Origin: Patescibacteria group bacterium | GTDB lineage: Bacteria; Patescibacteriota; Patescibacteriia; JACRDY01 | DNA length: 64,000 nucleotides | Assembly: GCA_041653535.1 (NCBI GenBank) | Contig: JBAZFH010000001.1 | Coordinates: 6,052-70,051, forward strand | Direction: 5' to 3' | Part shown: piece after piece, positions 1 through 9,498 of the stretch | Layout of the letters: the number at the start of each line of letters is the position of its first letter | Position numbering within the stretch: the first letter of the stretch is position 1 | The notes under the pieces: model-generated | Seen by the model: only the letters and a program-made list of their open reading frames with translations | What the model was told of the DNA's origin: nothing | Database searches by the model: none | Position numbers and translations under genes: made by a program

Positions 1-600
1 ATTCCCTTATCCACCGCGCAGCAATTTTTTATTGGCGGTGATTATGTCAATTCTATTAATGTTCAGGCGGAAAGCGAAGAGGTCATGATCACGGTTCAAG
101 AAGACATTACAAATTTATTGCTTTCGCGGCACGGCATAACCGATTCCACTTTGGCAGATTTTCGTATTATGAACCAGACTGATATTTTGGAAAGCGCTTC
201 TTCAATCACCGAAACATTAACCATGTTGCTGGCGGCTATTGCCGGTATTTCCTTGGTGGTTGGCGGCATCGGTATTATGAATATGATGCTTACCACGGTG
301 ACGGAAAGAACTCGCGAAATCGGTTTGCGTAAAGCCATTGGTGCTAAAAGGAAGGATATTAATATTCAATTTTTAACCGAAGCGATAATGCTGACTTTCA
401 TCGGCGGTGTTATCGGCGTGATTATAGGCTGGTTGGCGGCTTTGGTAGCAAACAAATTCGGCGGTATCGCTACGGAAATATCGTTGATATCCGTAGTTTT
501 GGCTTTCGGCGTTTCCGCTATTATTGGTATAGTTTTTGGTTATTATCCGGCACGGCGGGCGTCAAAACTAAATCCGATTGAAGCCTTACGTTACGAATAA
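1..600 (+). CDS. MacB/FtsX-family ABC transporter permease, C-terminal part (5' end outside window)
   Basis: Open frame from base 1; signature ISLVVGGIGIMNMML..V.ERTREIGLRKAIGA and C-terminal PARRASKLNPIEALRYE. Confidence 0.92.
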   Translation: MPLSTAQQFFIGGDYVNSINVQAESEEVMITVQEDITNLLLSRHGITDSTLADFRIMNQTDILESASSITETLTMLLAAIAGISLVVGGIGIMNMMLTTVTERTREIGLRKAIGAKRKDINIQFLTEAIMLTFIGGVIGVIIGWLAALVANKFGGIATEISLISVVLAFGVSAIIGIVFGYYPARRASKLNPIEALRYE

Positions 601-619
601 AATATTTTTTTGAAAAAAT

Positions 620-826
620 ATGAATAGACAAAAAATAAATTACGTTTTAGACGCGACTATGTTTTTGGTCTTTGTCGTTAATTTGCTTTCGCTTCTTTTG
701 CACGACAAAGAGTTGCATGGTTTAACCGGCTATTTGTTTGCGATTTTGCTTTTGGCGCATCTTTTTTTACATCGGAAATGGTTGGCAACAATGACAAAAA
801 ATTTATTTTCCACGGAACAAAAATAA
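620..826 (+). CDS. Small membrane protein, DUF4405-like
   Basis: 68 aa, two hydrophobic helices, LH..TG....LLLAHL.LH.KW pattern. Confidence 0.6.
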   Translation: MNRQKINYVLDATMFLVFVVNLLSLLLHDKELHGLTGYLFAILLLAHLFLHRKWLATMTKNLFSTEQK

Positions 827-842
827 TAAATAACAAAAAACT

Positions 843-1307
843 ATGAAAAAAAATCTAGTGATTTTTATTGTGATCGTCGTTATCGTTGCTGCCGGATCTT
901 TTTATCTGGGTATGAGTTATGGCAAAAAGGGCAACGGAAAAAATTTTGCTGGTCCGGTCGGAGAGTTTAGTCGCAACGGTATTCAGGGGACTGGTCTAGA
1001 AAAACAGAACGGTCAGGGTAGTGGTTTTGTCGATGGTGAAATAATCGCCAAAGATGATAAAAGTATAACAGTAAAATTAAAAAATGGTGGTTCGAAAATA
1101 GTTCTTTTTTCCGAAACTACAACCGTGGGAAAAACTACTGACGGTACTGTCGCTGATTTAGAAGTGGGGAAAACAGTTATGGTTAGCGGCACAACCGGTA
1201 GTGACGGCAGCGTGGCGGCAAAATCGATACAGATTCGTCCAGATGCAGAATCACAACCAACGGCACAGCCAATAAACGATCTTCCGGCAGAGCAGCCAAA
1301 ACAGTAA
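843..1307 (+). CDS. Membrane-anchored hypothetical protein (DUF5666-like beta domain)
   Basis: N-terminal TM helix, Gly-rich linker, GEII..D..SITVK...GGSKIV motif; co-oriented with the permease. Confidence 0.65.
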   Translation: MKKNLVIFIVIVVIVAAGSFYLGMSYGKKGNGKNFAGPVGEFSRNGIQGTGLEKQNGQGSGFVDGEIIAKDDKSITVKLKNGGSKIVLFSETTTVGKTTDGTVADLEVGKTVMVSGTTGSDGSVAAKSIQIRPDAESQPTAQPINDLPAEQPKQ

Positions 1308-1458
1308 TTATTAGTCAAAAAGGTATTACGTTTATGAGTACGTGGTACCTTTTTGTTTATCCTAATCATTGGCTTGATTATTATTTATTACTATGTTAAA
1401 TTTAACTATTCAAGATTATTGACAATAAACAACCTAATATTTGAAGGGGGGGATAAAA

Positions 1459-2493
1459 ATGAAAACAATTCAGGTAAAAAAACTTTTTCCTGACGCTATT
1501 ATCCCGGCTCGCGCCACCAACGGTGCGGTTGGTTTTGACGTTTATGCCTATGGTGTTTTGGATATTGAAACCAAGGAGTACGGTGGCGAATTGCCTTATG
1601 TATTAGATCCCGGGCAGAAGATTTTGATCGGTGTTGGCGTGGCCTTCGCTTCGCCTTGGCCGGTTGAATGTCAGGTGCGACCGCGTAGCGGACTTGCTAA
1701 TAAGTATGGTATTGAACTGGGTAACTCCCCGGGAACTGTTGATCCGGATTTTCGCGGCAACGTCGGAGTGCTGCTGCGCAACCGCAGCGATGCGCCATTT
1801 GTCGTGACCAAAGGCATGCGTATCGCTCAGCTGATTTTTTCCGAGGTACAAATTCCAGTCTTTGAAGAAGTCAGTGATCTACCGCCGACTAGACGAGGAG
1901 CCGGAGGGTTTGGCTCTACCGGTTTATCGGATATTTCGGAAGGGACCGAAGCGTATCGTCTGGCGGTCATCGAACGCGATGTTTTCTATATGAAAATGGC
2001 GATCGCTGCTTCTGATCGTTCTACCTGTGTTCGTGGTTGCATTAAAGATGCCGAAGGAAGATATTTGCTTGATAAACGAGGTCGACCAATCGGTCAAACT
2101 CGAAAATTTGGTTGCGTTATTGTCAAAGAAGACAACGTGGTTTCTTTCGGCTTTAATGCTCAAGCACCGGGTATGCCAGCTTGTCTTGAAGTCGGTTGTT
2201 TGCGTGAAGCTGAAGGCATTCCTTCAGGCATGCGGATTGAACGTTGTCGGGCGGTGCACGCAGAAGAAATGGCATTTCTCAAAATGCTGGTTAGCGGCGT
2301 GGCCTCATCGACGTTGGGAGCCACTGCGTATGTTACTGCCGAGCCTTGCGAAGTTTGCGCTAAGACTCTCGCTGGCTCGGGCATCGATACTCTGGTAGTG
2401 ATGGAGGGTGTTTATCCTAACAACGGAATTCAAATCGTAAAAAATGCCGGTATTAATCTTCGTTTTGTTCCCAAAGCAATGTTAGTCTGTTAG
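1459..2493 (+). CDS. dut: dUTPase fused to Zn-dependent dCMP deaminase (ComEB-like)
   Basis: dUTPase motifs GFDV, RPRSGLA, GTVDPDFRG, RIAQL, RGAGGFGSTG, then deaminase motifs HAEE and PCEVC; ATG at 1459 after a G-rich RBS. Confidence 0.88.
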   Translation: MKTIQVKKLFPDAIIPARATNGAVGFDVYAYGVLDIETKEYGGELPYVLDPGQKILIGVGVAFASPWPVECQVRPRSGLANKYGIELGNSPGTVDPDFRGNVGVLLRNRSDAPFVVTKGMRIAQLIFSEVQIPVFEEVSDLPPTRRGAGGFGSTGLSDISEGTEAYRLAVIERDVFYMKMAIAASDRSTCVRGCIKDAEGRYLLDKRGRPIGQTRKFGCVIVKEDNVVSFGFNAQAPGMPACLEVGCLREAEGIPSGMRIERCRAVHAEEMAFLKMLVSGVASSTLGATAYVTAEPCEVCAKTLAGSGIDTLVVMEGVYPNNGIQIVKNAGINLRFVPKAMLVC

Positions 2494-2513
2494 TCTGAAA
2501 TAAACAACAAACG

Positions 2514-2546
2514 AAGCCGCTGATACTAGTGATCGGCGGTTTTTTT
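2514..2546 (+). terminator. Intrinsic terminator
   Basis: AAGCCGCTGAT-actagt-GATCGGCGGTT hairpin followed by a T run. Confidence 0.7.
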
Positions 2547-2709
2547 AATTATTCACTGCATGACCGGACATTTCAAAACGGGGCGTGAAGGTAATGTGGG
2601 GGAGGATGTCATTGTTTAATTTTATTATTAATTTAAATATAAAATTGTTTGACGGTTGAGTGTTTTCTTGCTAATCTTTATTTTATGGCAATGAGTATAA
2701 TTGCGTTTT

Positions 2710-4110
2710 ATGAAAAATAAGATTTTTATTACTACTGCTATCGATTACGCCAATGATGTTATCCACGTCGGTCATGCCTATCAAAAGGTTTTAGCTGACG
2801 CTTTGGCTAGATTTTTTCGTCTCACAGGCAGAGAAGTTTTTTTTCTTACCGGTACTGATGAACACGGAGCTAATATTGAAAAGAAAGCTAAAGAAAACAA
2901 CAAGAAAGTCCAGGAATATGTTGACTCGGTTTCCGGTCAAGACAAAGAGCAAATCGCGGCGCTTGGCGTTGTCCCCGACCGTTTTATCCGCACTACAGAT
3001 GCCGATCATAAAGAAGTGGTAAAAGATTTTTGGAATAAAATTTACGCCAAAGGGGAAATCTATTCCAAATCTTTTGAGGGTATGTATTGTATGAGCTGCG
3101 AGGCTTTCAAAAACGGCGATGAAATAGTTGACGGTTGTTGTGACGTCCACAAAAATCTTAAACTCGTCGAGCATAAGGAAAATAATTATTTTTTCCAATG
3201 GTCGAAATATCAAAGTTTTTTGACCGAATGGTTTAAAAAAAATCCGCAGTTTGTTTTGCCGGAAGGTAAATATAAAGAAATGAAAAGTTTTCTTGCTGCC
3301 GGAGTTGAAGATATTTCCATTTCCCGACAAAACGTTTCCTGGGGGATTCCGGTGCCAAACGATCCGGCACAGGTAATTTATGTTTGGTTTGACGCGCTAA
3401 TCAGTTATTATACCGCTGGGACTAAAACAGGTTTCTGGGACGATGATGTTACGATTATTCATGTTTTGGGCAAAGATAACCTTCGTTGGCACGCGTTGCT
3501 TTGGCCAGCGATGCTGCAAGCGGCCGACCTAAAACTGCCGGATATAGTTTATGCGCATAGCTTTATCAATATTAATGGTCAAAAAGTAAGTAAGACTTTG
3601 GGTAATATTATTAGACCGACTGAGTTAGTCGATGAATTTGGTACTGATGCGGTTCGTTATTTTTTTCTTAAGCGCGGACCGCTTGATGATGATGTCGATA
3701 TTTCATTGGATAAAATTAAAGAAGTCTATAATGCCGATTTGGCCAACGGTCTTGGTAATTTAGTGCAGCGAGTATCAAAAATTTGCCAGTCGATAGATTA
3801 TGCCAACAAAAATACAGCAGGGTTAACCCTTTCACCGGAGGTTGCTACTAAAATTGAAAATTTTAAAATTAATGAAGTGATCGAAGATATTCAGGCGCGG
3901 ATAGGAGCGGAAAATCGTTTTATTGAAAATGAAAAATTATGGCAAAAAACAGGCGAAGCTCTAGAAAAAGATCTTGATCGTTGTATCACGAATATTCGTC
4001 AAATTGTCTATGATTTGAGTCCGGTAATACCAACCATTGCTGTTGAAATAGAAAAAAGGCTGTCCGGGCAGGTAGTTTGCGGCGAGCCGCTGTTTGCCAG
4101 GATAAAATAA
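2710..4110 (+). CDS. metG: Methionyl-tRNA synthetase (short form)
   Basis: ITTAIDYAN, HVGH (HIGH), GTDEHG, YVWFDAL, GKDNL, KVSKT (KMSKS) motifs. Confidence 0.95.
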   Translation: MKNKIFITTAIDYANDVIHVGHAYQKVLADALARFFRLTGREVFFLTGTDEHGANIEKKAKENNKKVQEYVDSVSGQDKEQIAALGVVPDRFIRTTDADHKEVVKDFWNKIYAKGEIYSKSFEGMYCMSCEAFKNGDEIVDGCCDVHKNLKLVEHKENNYFFQWSKYQSFLTEWFKKNPQFVLPEGKYKEMKSFLAAGVEDISISRQNVSWGIPVPNDPAQVIYVWFDALISYYTAGTKTGFWDDDVTIIHVLGKDNLRWHALLWPAMLQAADLKLPDIVYAHSFININGQKVSKTLGNIIRPTELVDEFGTDAVRYFFLKRGPLDDDVDISLDKIKEVYNADLANGLGNLVQRVSKICQSIDYANKNTAGLTLSPEVATKIENFKINEVIEDIQARIGAENRFIENEKLWQKTGEALEKDLDRCITNIRQIVYDLSPVIPTIAVEIEKRLSGQVVCGEPLFARIK

Positions 4111-4304
4111 TCTTGTTTGTTAAAATTTATCATAAAATTCCCGATATTATCGAGGAATTTTTATTTTTTATATATGTTTTTAGTATATCAAAAAACCGTC
4201 GATTCGGCGATTTTAAAATTATATTAAAAAGAAAGTGTATTACGCCGGAGTTTAAACGTGATATAATCAAGGCGTGTTTAATTAACCAAATTAAGATCAT
4301 CAGC

Positions 4305-4964
4305 ATGTATTCAAAAATAAAAGAACTTATCAAAAAAATTGATGTTTTGAACGAGGCTTTAAAAGAGGAATACTCGCAGCTCGCCACAAAATACGGTTTT
4401 TCTTTCACTCAGAGAAAAATTGTGTTTTTGGAAAAGTTTAAAGCCAGAAATAAAAAATTTCGCATCCCTACTTGGAAGTATGCCGTTCCCAAAAGTATTT
4501 GTCACGTTCTCTCTATGCCGTTTATTTACATGATGATTGTTCCGCTAGTGATACTGGACATATTTATTACTATCTATCATTTAGTGGCTTTTCCTTTATA
4601 CGGCATACCAAAAGTTGAGAGAAAAAGTTATATAGTTTATGATAGAAGGTTTCTCGACTATCTCAACGTTATTCAAAAAATTAATTGTTTGTATTGTAGC
4701 TACGCCAATGGATTTTTAGCTTACGCAGCGGAAATAGCCGGTCGCACAGAAAGATATTGGTGTCCAATCAAAGCCGCCCATCAACCGACTGCTTATCACG
4801 GTTGGTATAAAGATTTTGCCGACTATGGCAATCCGGAGGAATGGAAACAAAAATTCAATGATCAAGAGGCTTTTAATAAAGAAAAAGATTGCCGTTTTTT
4901 AAAAAAGGGTGTTTTATTATCTTCAAATAAAAAATCTCCGTCAGAAGTCACGGAGATTTTTTAG
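4305..4964 (+). CDS. Conserved hypothetical membrane protein with CxYCxY and YWCPIK motifs
   Basis: ORF with a TM segment and KINCLYCSYANG...ERYWCPIK; ATG 4305 chosen because the upstream part of the ORF overlaps metG. Confidence 0.7.
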   Translation: MYSKIKELIKKIDVLNEALKEEYSQLATKYGFSFTQRKIVFLEKFKARNKKFRIPTWKYAVPKSICHVLSMPFIYMMIVPLVILDIFITIYHLVAFPLYGIPKVERKSYIVYDRRFLDYLNVIQKINCLYCSYANGFLAYAAEIAGRTERYWCPIKAAHQPTAYHGWYKDFADYGNPEEWKQKFNDQEAFNKEKDCRFLKKGVLLSSNKKSPSEVTEIF

Positions 4965-4970
4965 ATAAAA

Positions 4971-5183
4971 TTATTTTTTCTTTTTACCTAACGCCTTTTT
5001 GGCAATACTGGCACCTGCCAAAAAAACAGCTGCGCCGGCGATAGCCCCGGCTATTTTTTTCTTGGTTTGAGGATCAATACCATCGTATTTATCTTTTAGG
5101 TCTTCAAAATGGTCGACTAGATCGTCCAATAAAACGTGGAGCTTTTTGACAGTTGGGTTTTTGCTATTTGATATTTTTTTCAT
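4971..5183 (-). CDS. Small hypothetical protein with hydrophobic/basic C-terminus
   Basis: 70 aa ORF directly downstream of the SH3 protein; ends at a bidirectional terminator hairpin (4930-4962). Confidence 0.65.
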   Translation of the reverse strand: MKKISNSKNPTVKKLHVLLDDLVDHFEDLKDKYDGIDPQTKKKIAGAIAGAAVFLAGASIAKKALGKKKK

Positions 5184-5186
5184 ATT

Positions 5187-7433
5187 TTATTGTTTTATCG
5201 TATAAGCCGAGGAAATCCAGCCAATCGTACCGGTAGCTGTTTTTATCTTGTACCAACCATTGTTTTGTTCAAGCACTGTAAATACTTCGTCCTTATTAAC
5301 ACTGCCCAAAATATTACCCTTGGTGCTGTTTGTCTGCCGAACTCGCAGTGTAGGAGTGCCGGTAACCTTTACCCTTAAAATAACAGTTGTAGCATCGGGA
5401 TAAGCGGCAAGAGTAGTGGTAGGAGTCACCACGATATCTGACCAGCTATATCCGGCAGCGTTAAATTCAGCTTCGGTTTTTACCCACTGTTTAACGCCGT
5501 TTTTGACCACATAAACTTTATTATCGCCGTCAGCGCGCAAAAGAATAGCGCAAACTGATGCCGACGGTAATGGCGTGTTGGTTGCTGCGTCAGTATAAGC
5601 AGCTAAAGATACGTTAGTGGAAACAATAACATCAGACCAATGATATCCGGCAGCGTTAAATTCAGCTTCGGTTTGTATCCAGCGTTTGGTGCCATTTTGG
5701 ACAACATATACCTTACTATCACCATCTGCTCGTAAAAGTTTCACGCAGGTAGAAGAAACTGTCGCCGGGGTCGTAGTAGTGGTGGTTGTTGTAGTAGTGC
5801 CGGTAACAGTCACTGTCAGAGTAGAACATTTGCTGCTATATACATCTGACGGACAGATCATGATATTGGAAGCTCCGGATATACCACCAGTTACCACTAG
5901 CCCTGTACCGTTTTTTTCCAGATAAACAGAGGCAACGTCACGGTTGCTATTGGAATAAATCGTAGTATGATCGTCACCGCCAGTAATAGAAACTATGCCT
6001 TTGGCGCCAGGGGCTAGAGAAAGACTATTTGGACTGAGAACGATTGTCGTCAAAGCAGAGGTAACAGTCACGTACATGCTGGCGCAAGTAGTGCCGCTGG
6101 CAGACGAACAAATAGTAACAGTGGACGTTCCAATAGCGTTGCCATAAAGACTGACGATATTACTAGAACCGCTAATAGTGGCTGTGACTATACCGGGGTT
6201 GGAAACTCCGGAAACCGAGTAGCTACCGCCACCACCGGTAATAGTAACGTAAGAAGTTTCGTCTTTAGCCAGAGAAACAATATTTTGATTAAAGGTAACG
6301 GTATTAGCAGAATAAGTAGCCGAAGTGTTGAGGGTGACATTGAGGTTACCGCAGCTATCATTAACTGTTGTCGAACAAACCTTCACCACGGTCGATCCGG
6401 CGTTGGTACCGCCGACAACAGTAACAATATTGTCAGAAACAGTAGCTCGAGCAACGCTGGAATCAGAATTTGAGGAAACATAGTAACTGCTGCTAGTTCC
6501 GCCGGAAACAACCGAACTTTGTGACTGACCGGTAACCAGTACTAGATTGTTTGGCGAAAAAGACAGGGTTGTCGCTGAGTTGTCTAAAACGGTGACGGTA
6601 ATATTGGAACAATTAGTACTGGCTTCTTTGGAACAAACAGTAAGAGTAACCGAGCTGGCAGAGTTGCCAAAAAGCACCAATACCGGCAAACGCTCACCAA
6701 CCGCTCTGGCGTCTAGAGCTGTAGGATTGGAGTTGTAAGTAACAGTCATACCGCTATTACCACCGCCGAAAATAGAAACATTGTTTGTTTGTCTGACATT
6801 AATAACCGGATTGTCGGGACTAAAAGTAATCTGGGTTTGTCCGGCAGTCGCTCCAACCTCGACAGCAACAGAACTACAACCGACATTGGTGCCGCAAACA
6901 GTGACCGTGCCTGAGCAAGAAGCAAGGCCAATAATAGTCAGCTGGCTGCCGCTGATGGATGTAGAGATATTGCTGCTTTGACTGTTGGTCGCCAAGATCA
7001 AAGAAGTAGAACCGTTGATAGTAATGCTTTGACCAGCTGCCAGCTGTACGCTGTTTCTGTTTAAAGTCAGAGAACTGTCATAGTCTGGCCACAAGGTCAT
7101 GGACGACTGTACACCCAAAATCGTGGCAAAAACCGGTGAGCCCTGAGGAATGGCATAGCCGCCGCTAGAAATAGAAGTAGAAAAGTTACCAGCCGTATCA
7201 GTTTTACCAAGACTAATAGTGGTTAACGCCGGTGCTCCTGGCGGTAAAAACGACAGCTGTACGGTGCTTTCGGTAGCTCCTTTAACAGTTACCTGCACCG
7301 CATCGCCAGAGGCATGTGTTAGTGTCAAAACAGTAGGTACGGTAGCTGCCTCTGCCGCAGGATTTAATAAAAATAATGAAACTAAGAAAATAACCGGCAT
7401 TAAAAAATAAGCGAATTTTTGTTTTGTTGTCAT
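5187..7433 (-). CDS. Large secreted Ser/Thr-rich surface protein with Ig-like repeats, a duplicated module and a C-terminal bacterial SH3 domain
   Basis: Signal peptide; beta-rich repeats with paired Cys; poly-Thr linker; two LLRADGD.KVYVV.NG.K.W..TEAEFNAAGY.WSD modules; LRVR...GWYKI....GWISS. Confidence 0.85.
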   Translation of the reverse strand: MTTKQKFAYFLMPVIFLVSLFLLNPAAEAATVPTVLTLTHASGDAVQVTVKGATESTVQLSFLPPGAPALTTISLGKTDTAGNFSTSISSGGYAIPQGSPVFATILGVQSSMTLWPDYDSSLTLNRNSVQLAAGQSITINGSTSLILATNSQSSNISTSISGSQLTIIGLASCSGTVTVCGTNVGCSSVAVEVGATAGQTQITFSPDNPVINVRQTNNVSIFGGGNSGMTVTYNSNPTALDARAVGERLPVLVLFGNSASSVTLTVCSKEASTNCSNITVTVLDNSATTLSFSPNNLVLVTGQSQSSVVSGGTSSSYYVSSNSDSSVARATVSDNIVTVVGGTNAGSTVVKVCSTTVNDSCGNLNVTLNTSATYSANTVTFNQNIVSLAKDETSYVTITGGGGSYSVSGVSNPGIVTATISGSSNIVSLYGNAIGTSTVTICSSASGTTCASMYVTVTSALTTIVLSPNSLSLAPGAKGIVSITGGDDHTTIYSNSNRDVASVYLEKNGTGLVVTGGISGASNIMICPSDVYSSKCSTLTVTVTGTTTTTTTTTTPATVSSTCVKLLRADGDSKVYVVQNGTKRWIQTEAEFNAAGYHWSDVIVSTNVSLAAYTDAATNTPLPSASVCAILLRADGDNKVYVVKNGVKQWVKTEAEFNAAGYSWSDIVVTPTTTLAAYPDATTVILRVKVTGTPTLRVRQTNSTKGNILGSVNKDEVFTVLEQNNGWYKIKTATGTIGWISSAYTIKQ

Positions 7434-7624
7434 AGGTTTTATATATTTATATTGTTAAACGTCGATTTTTACAGGTGGATTAAGATATGCTTTAGTCTTT
7501 AAACTAAAGATAGCCAGGGGAGGGGGGGGTAACGAAGATTTTTTATCCTTATAATTATACCACTTTTTGTTAAAAATGGCACCAAAATGCAGAATCAGTA
7601 CCTGAGAGAGATGCGTTGTTTATA

Positions 7625-8320
7625 TTATCTTTTTATTATCATCGCTTGGGTCAGCGATAGTTCGATTATTCCTTCCGGCTTGTTGTTTATAAATTCGTCA
7701 AAAGCTCGACGTACGCCTTCGGCTTGGGCGTAATCATGGGTTAAAATAACTCCTCCGCTTACCATTTTGCCATAAAAGAATTCCAAAGCCGCCCTGGTGC
7801 TAGTATAAATGTCTACATCCAGATGGACAAAAGCAAACTTTTTATCTTCTATCGGACTCGAAGTTTCCGGAAATATCCCTTGATATATTTTTACGTTAGG
7901 ATATCTCTGTAGCCGTTTCTCAACCTCTACTTTGCTGGCTATGAACATGTTTCGATGAAATCGACTGTCGTTGGTTCCGACTTTTGGCAAGCCGGAAAAA
8001 GTGTCAAAAAGATATAAGTTTTTGCCGCCTTTAACTTCGCAAATAATTTTGGCTGAGGTGCCATTATAGACGCCGACTTCGGCGAAATCACCTTCTAATT
8101 TAACACAAGCTTTAGCAATAGAATAAATATGGAATATTTCACTGGGTTTAAATAAAAAATGACCTTCCCTTCTTAAATCCTTAATCATTTTTAAAACCCG
8201 CTTGTCTTTATATGGTTTCATTAATAATAACTCGACAAAACTAAAAAACCGATTACCCAGACGACCGACCCAGGTTTCAAATAAACGACGATGGAGAAAG
8301 TCACTTACTGGTTTTTTCAT
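7625..8320 (-). CDS. TylF/MycF/NovP-family O-methyltransferase
   Basis: GDFAEVGVYNG, FDTFSG, FVHLDVDIY, GGVILTHDY motifs. Confidence 0.88.
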   Translation of the reverse strand: MKKPVSDFLHRRLFETWVGRLGNRFFSFVELLLMKPYKDKRVLKMIKDLRREGHFLFKPSEIFHIYSIAKACVKLEGDFAEVGVYNGTSAKIICEVKGGKNLYLFDTFSGLPKVGTNDSRFHRNMFIASKVEVEKRLQRYPNVKIYQGIFPETSSPIEDKKFAFVHLDVDIYTSTRAALEFFYGKMVSGGVILTHDYAQAEGVRRAFDEFINNKPEGIIELSLTQAMIIKR

Positions 8321-8451
8321 AATTATTCAAAGTATACCAAAAAATCGCCTAAAATTATAGGTGATTCTTTGGTCTATTTAATTCTCGAAACCTGAGAGCA
8401 CTCGGGTCTAGAACCACGAGATACCCATGGGGTCTCGATACTTTTTTTCTT

Positions 8452-8526
8452 TGGTGACCCCACGGGGAATCGAACCCCGATTGCCAGGATGAAAACCTGG
8501 TGTCCTAACCGTTAGACGATAGGGCC
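8452..8526 (-). tRNA. tRNA-Glu(TTC)
   Basis: Cloverleaf GGCCCTA...; anticodon arm CCAGG-TT-TTC-AT-CCTGG; GTTCGA T-loop; CCA encoded. Confidence 0.95.
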
Positions 8527-8531
8527 AGAAA

Positions 8532-9064
8532 TTAGTATATAGGTCTTAGTATGTAGGTCTTGGGGGGTACTTTAAAAATATTTAATGATTATTTTAGAAT
8601 TTTTTTAATATGGCTTGAGTATAATATGATTATTATTAATAATCCATATATTTATGAAACAACATGTTAGGTCTTTTACTGGTTTAATATCTTGGCAGGA
8701 GGCCCGTAGGCTGACACTGAGCGTTTATCAAGCGACCAGTTTATTTCCAAAAAATGAGATATATGGTTTGACTAGTCAAATGCGTCGTGCGGCAGTGTCG
8801 GTCTGTTCTAATATAGCCGAGGGTTTTTCTCGAAAATCACGGGCGGAAAAAATACAATTTTACACCATAGCCAAGAGTTCTTTAACAGAATTGCAAAATC
8901 AGCTTATTATTTCTCTTGATGTTCATTATTTAGACAAAGAAGTTTTTCAAAGAATTTCCCTAGTATCCGTTGGCTGTTGTAAGCTGTTGTCAGGTTTGAT
9001 TCGCACTGCTGAAAATAAGCAGTAACGGCCACCTAAATACCAGATACTAAGACCTATATACTAA
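8532..9064. repeat. 21-bp perfect inverted repeat made of heptamer units, flanking the four-helix-bundle gene
   Basis: TTAGTATATAGGTCTTAGTAT at 8532-8552 and its exact reverse complement at 9044-9064. Confidence 0.85.
8654..9025 (+). CDS. Four helix bundle protein (23S rRNA IVP family)
   Basis: F..L..WQ.A, FPK.E.YGLTSQMRRAAVSV.SNIAEG, A..SL.EL..QL motifs. Confidence 0.92.
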   Translation: MKQHVRSFTGLISWQEARRLTLSVYQATSLFPKNEIYGLTSQMRRAAVSVCSNIAEGFSRKSRAEKIQFYTIAKSSLTELQNQLIISLDVHYLDKEVFQRISLVSVGCCKLLSGLIRTAENKQ

Positions 9065-9133
9065 ACTGTGCCTTATAATAATACCAAATTGTCGCCTTGT
9101 CAACAATGATAATTGCGTCTATACTATTACCAT

Positions 9134-9217
9134 ATGTCATATAAAAAGAAAGCTATAGCGGCGAGGAAACACCAGAAAAAAAGAGGTAAAACCATTGGTT
9201 CCTTGCGCAAGCGCTAA
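9134..9217 (+). CDS. Putative 27-aa highly basic peptide MSYKKKAIAARKHQKKRGKTIGSLRKR
   Basis: Clean ORF preceded by a TATACT -10-like box and followed by a CCCGG...CCGGG+T hairpin; below the ORF-track cutoff. Confidence 0.55.
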   Translation: MSYKKKAIAARKHQKKRGKTIGSLRKR

Positions 9218-9307
9218 AATGATTGCCCCGGCTATTTCGCCGGGTCTTTTGTTGTCTTGACAAAAAGCTGTTTTATGATAACGTAAGAGTATAAGCTATA
9301 AAAGGAT

Positions 9308-9412
9308 ATGAACAACCTATTTCTTAAAAATTATCAGATTGAAAAATATGTCGACGCTTCTACCGGCGATCGCTACTTTTTTGGTCTGGGATTTTTGAGA
9401 AAAAATATGTAA
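9308..9412 (+). promoter_or_regulatory. Putative leader peptide (34 aa) of an attenuator upstream of the GNAT gene
   Basis: AAGGA RBS; MNNLFLKNYQIEKYVDASTGDRYFFGLGFLRKNM; hairpin AAGCACCCCGG...CCGGGGTGTTT at 9442-9470 before the GNAT RBS. Confidence 0.45.
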
Positions 9413-9498
9413 ACAAACTTTGATTATCAATATTTTTTCCTAAGCACCCCGGACCAAAACCGGGGTGTTTAATTTTTCCAACTAAAGGAGACAGGAAA

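Noticed and set aside
5440-5740. Nucleotide direct repeat inside the SH3 surface protein gene
   Set aside because: Explained by an in-frame tandem domain duplication
7600-8398. 9-bp direct repeat ACCTGAGAG flanking the TylF gene near tRNA-Glu
   Set aside because: Too short to distinguish from chance; no tRNA-end duplication or transposase
8654-9025. Four-helix-bundle protein as the DGR Avd accessory protein
   Set aside because: Motifs match the common 23S-IVP family; no adjacent RT or TR, and 14 kb from the target gene
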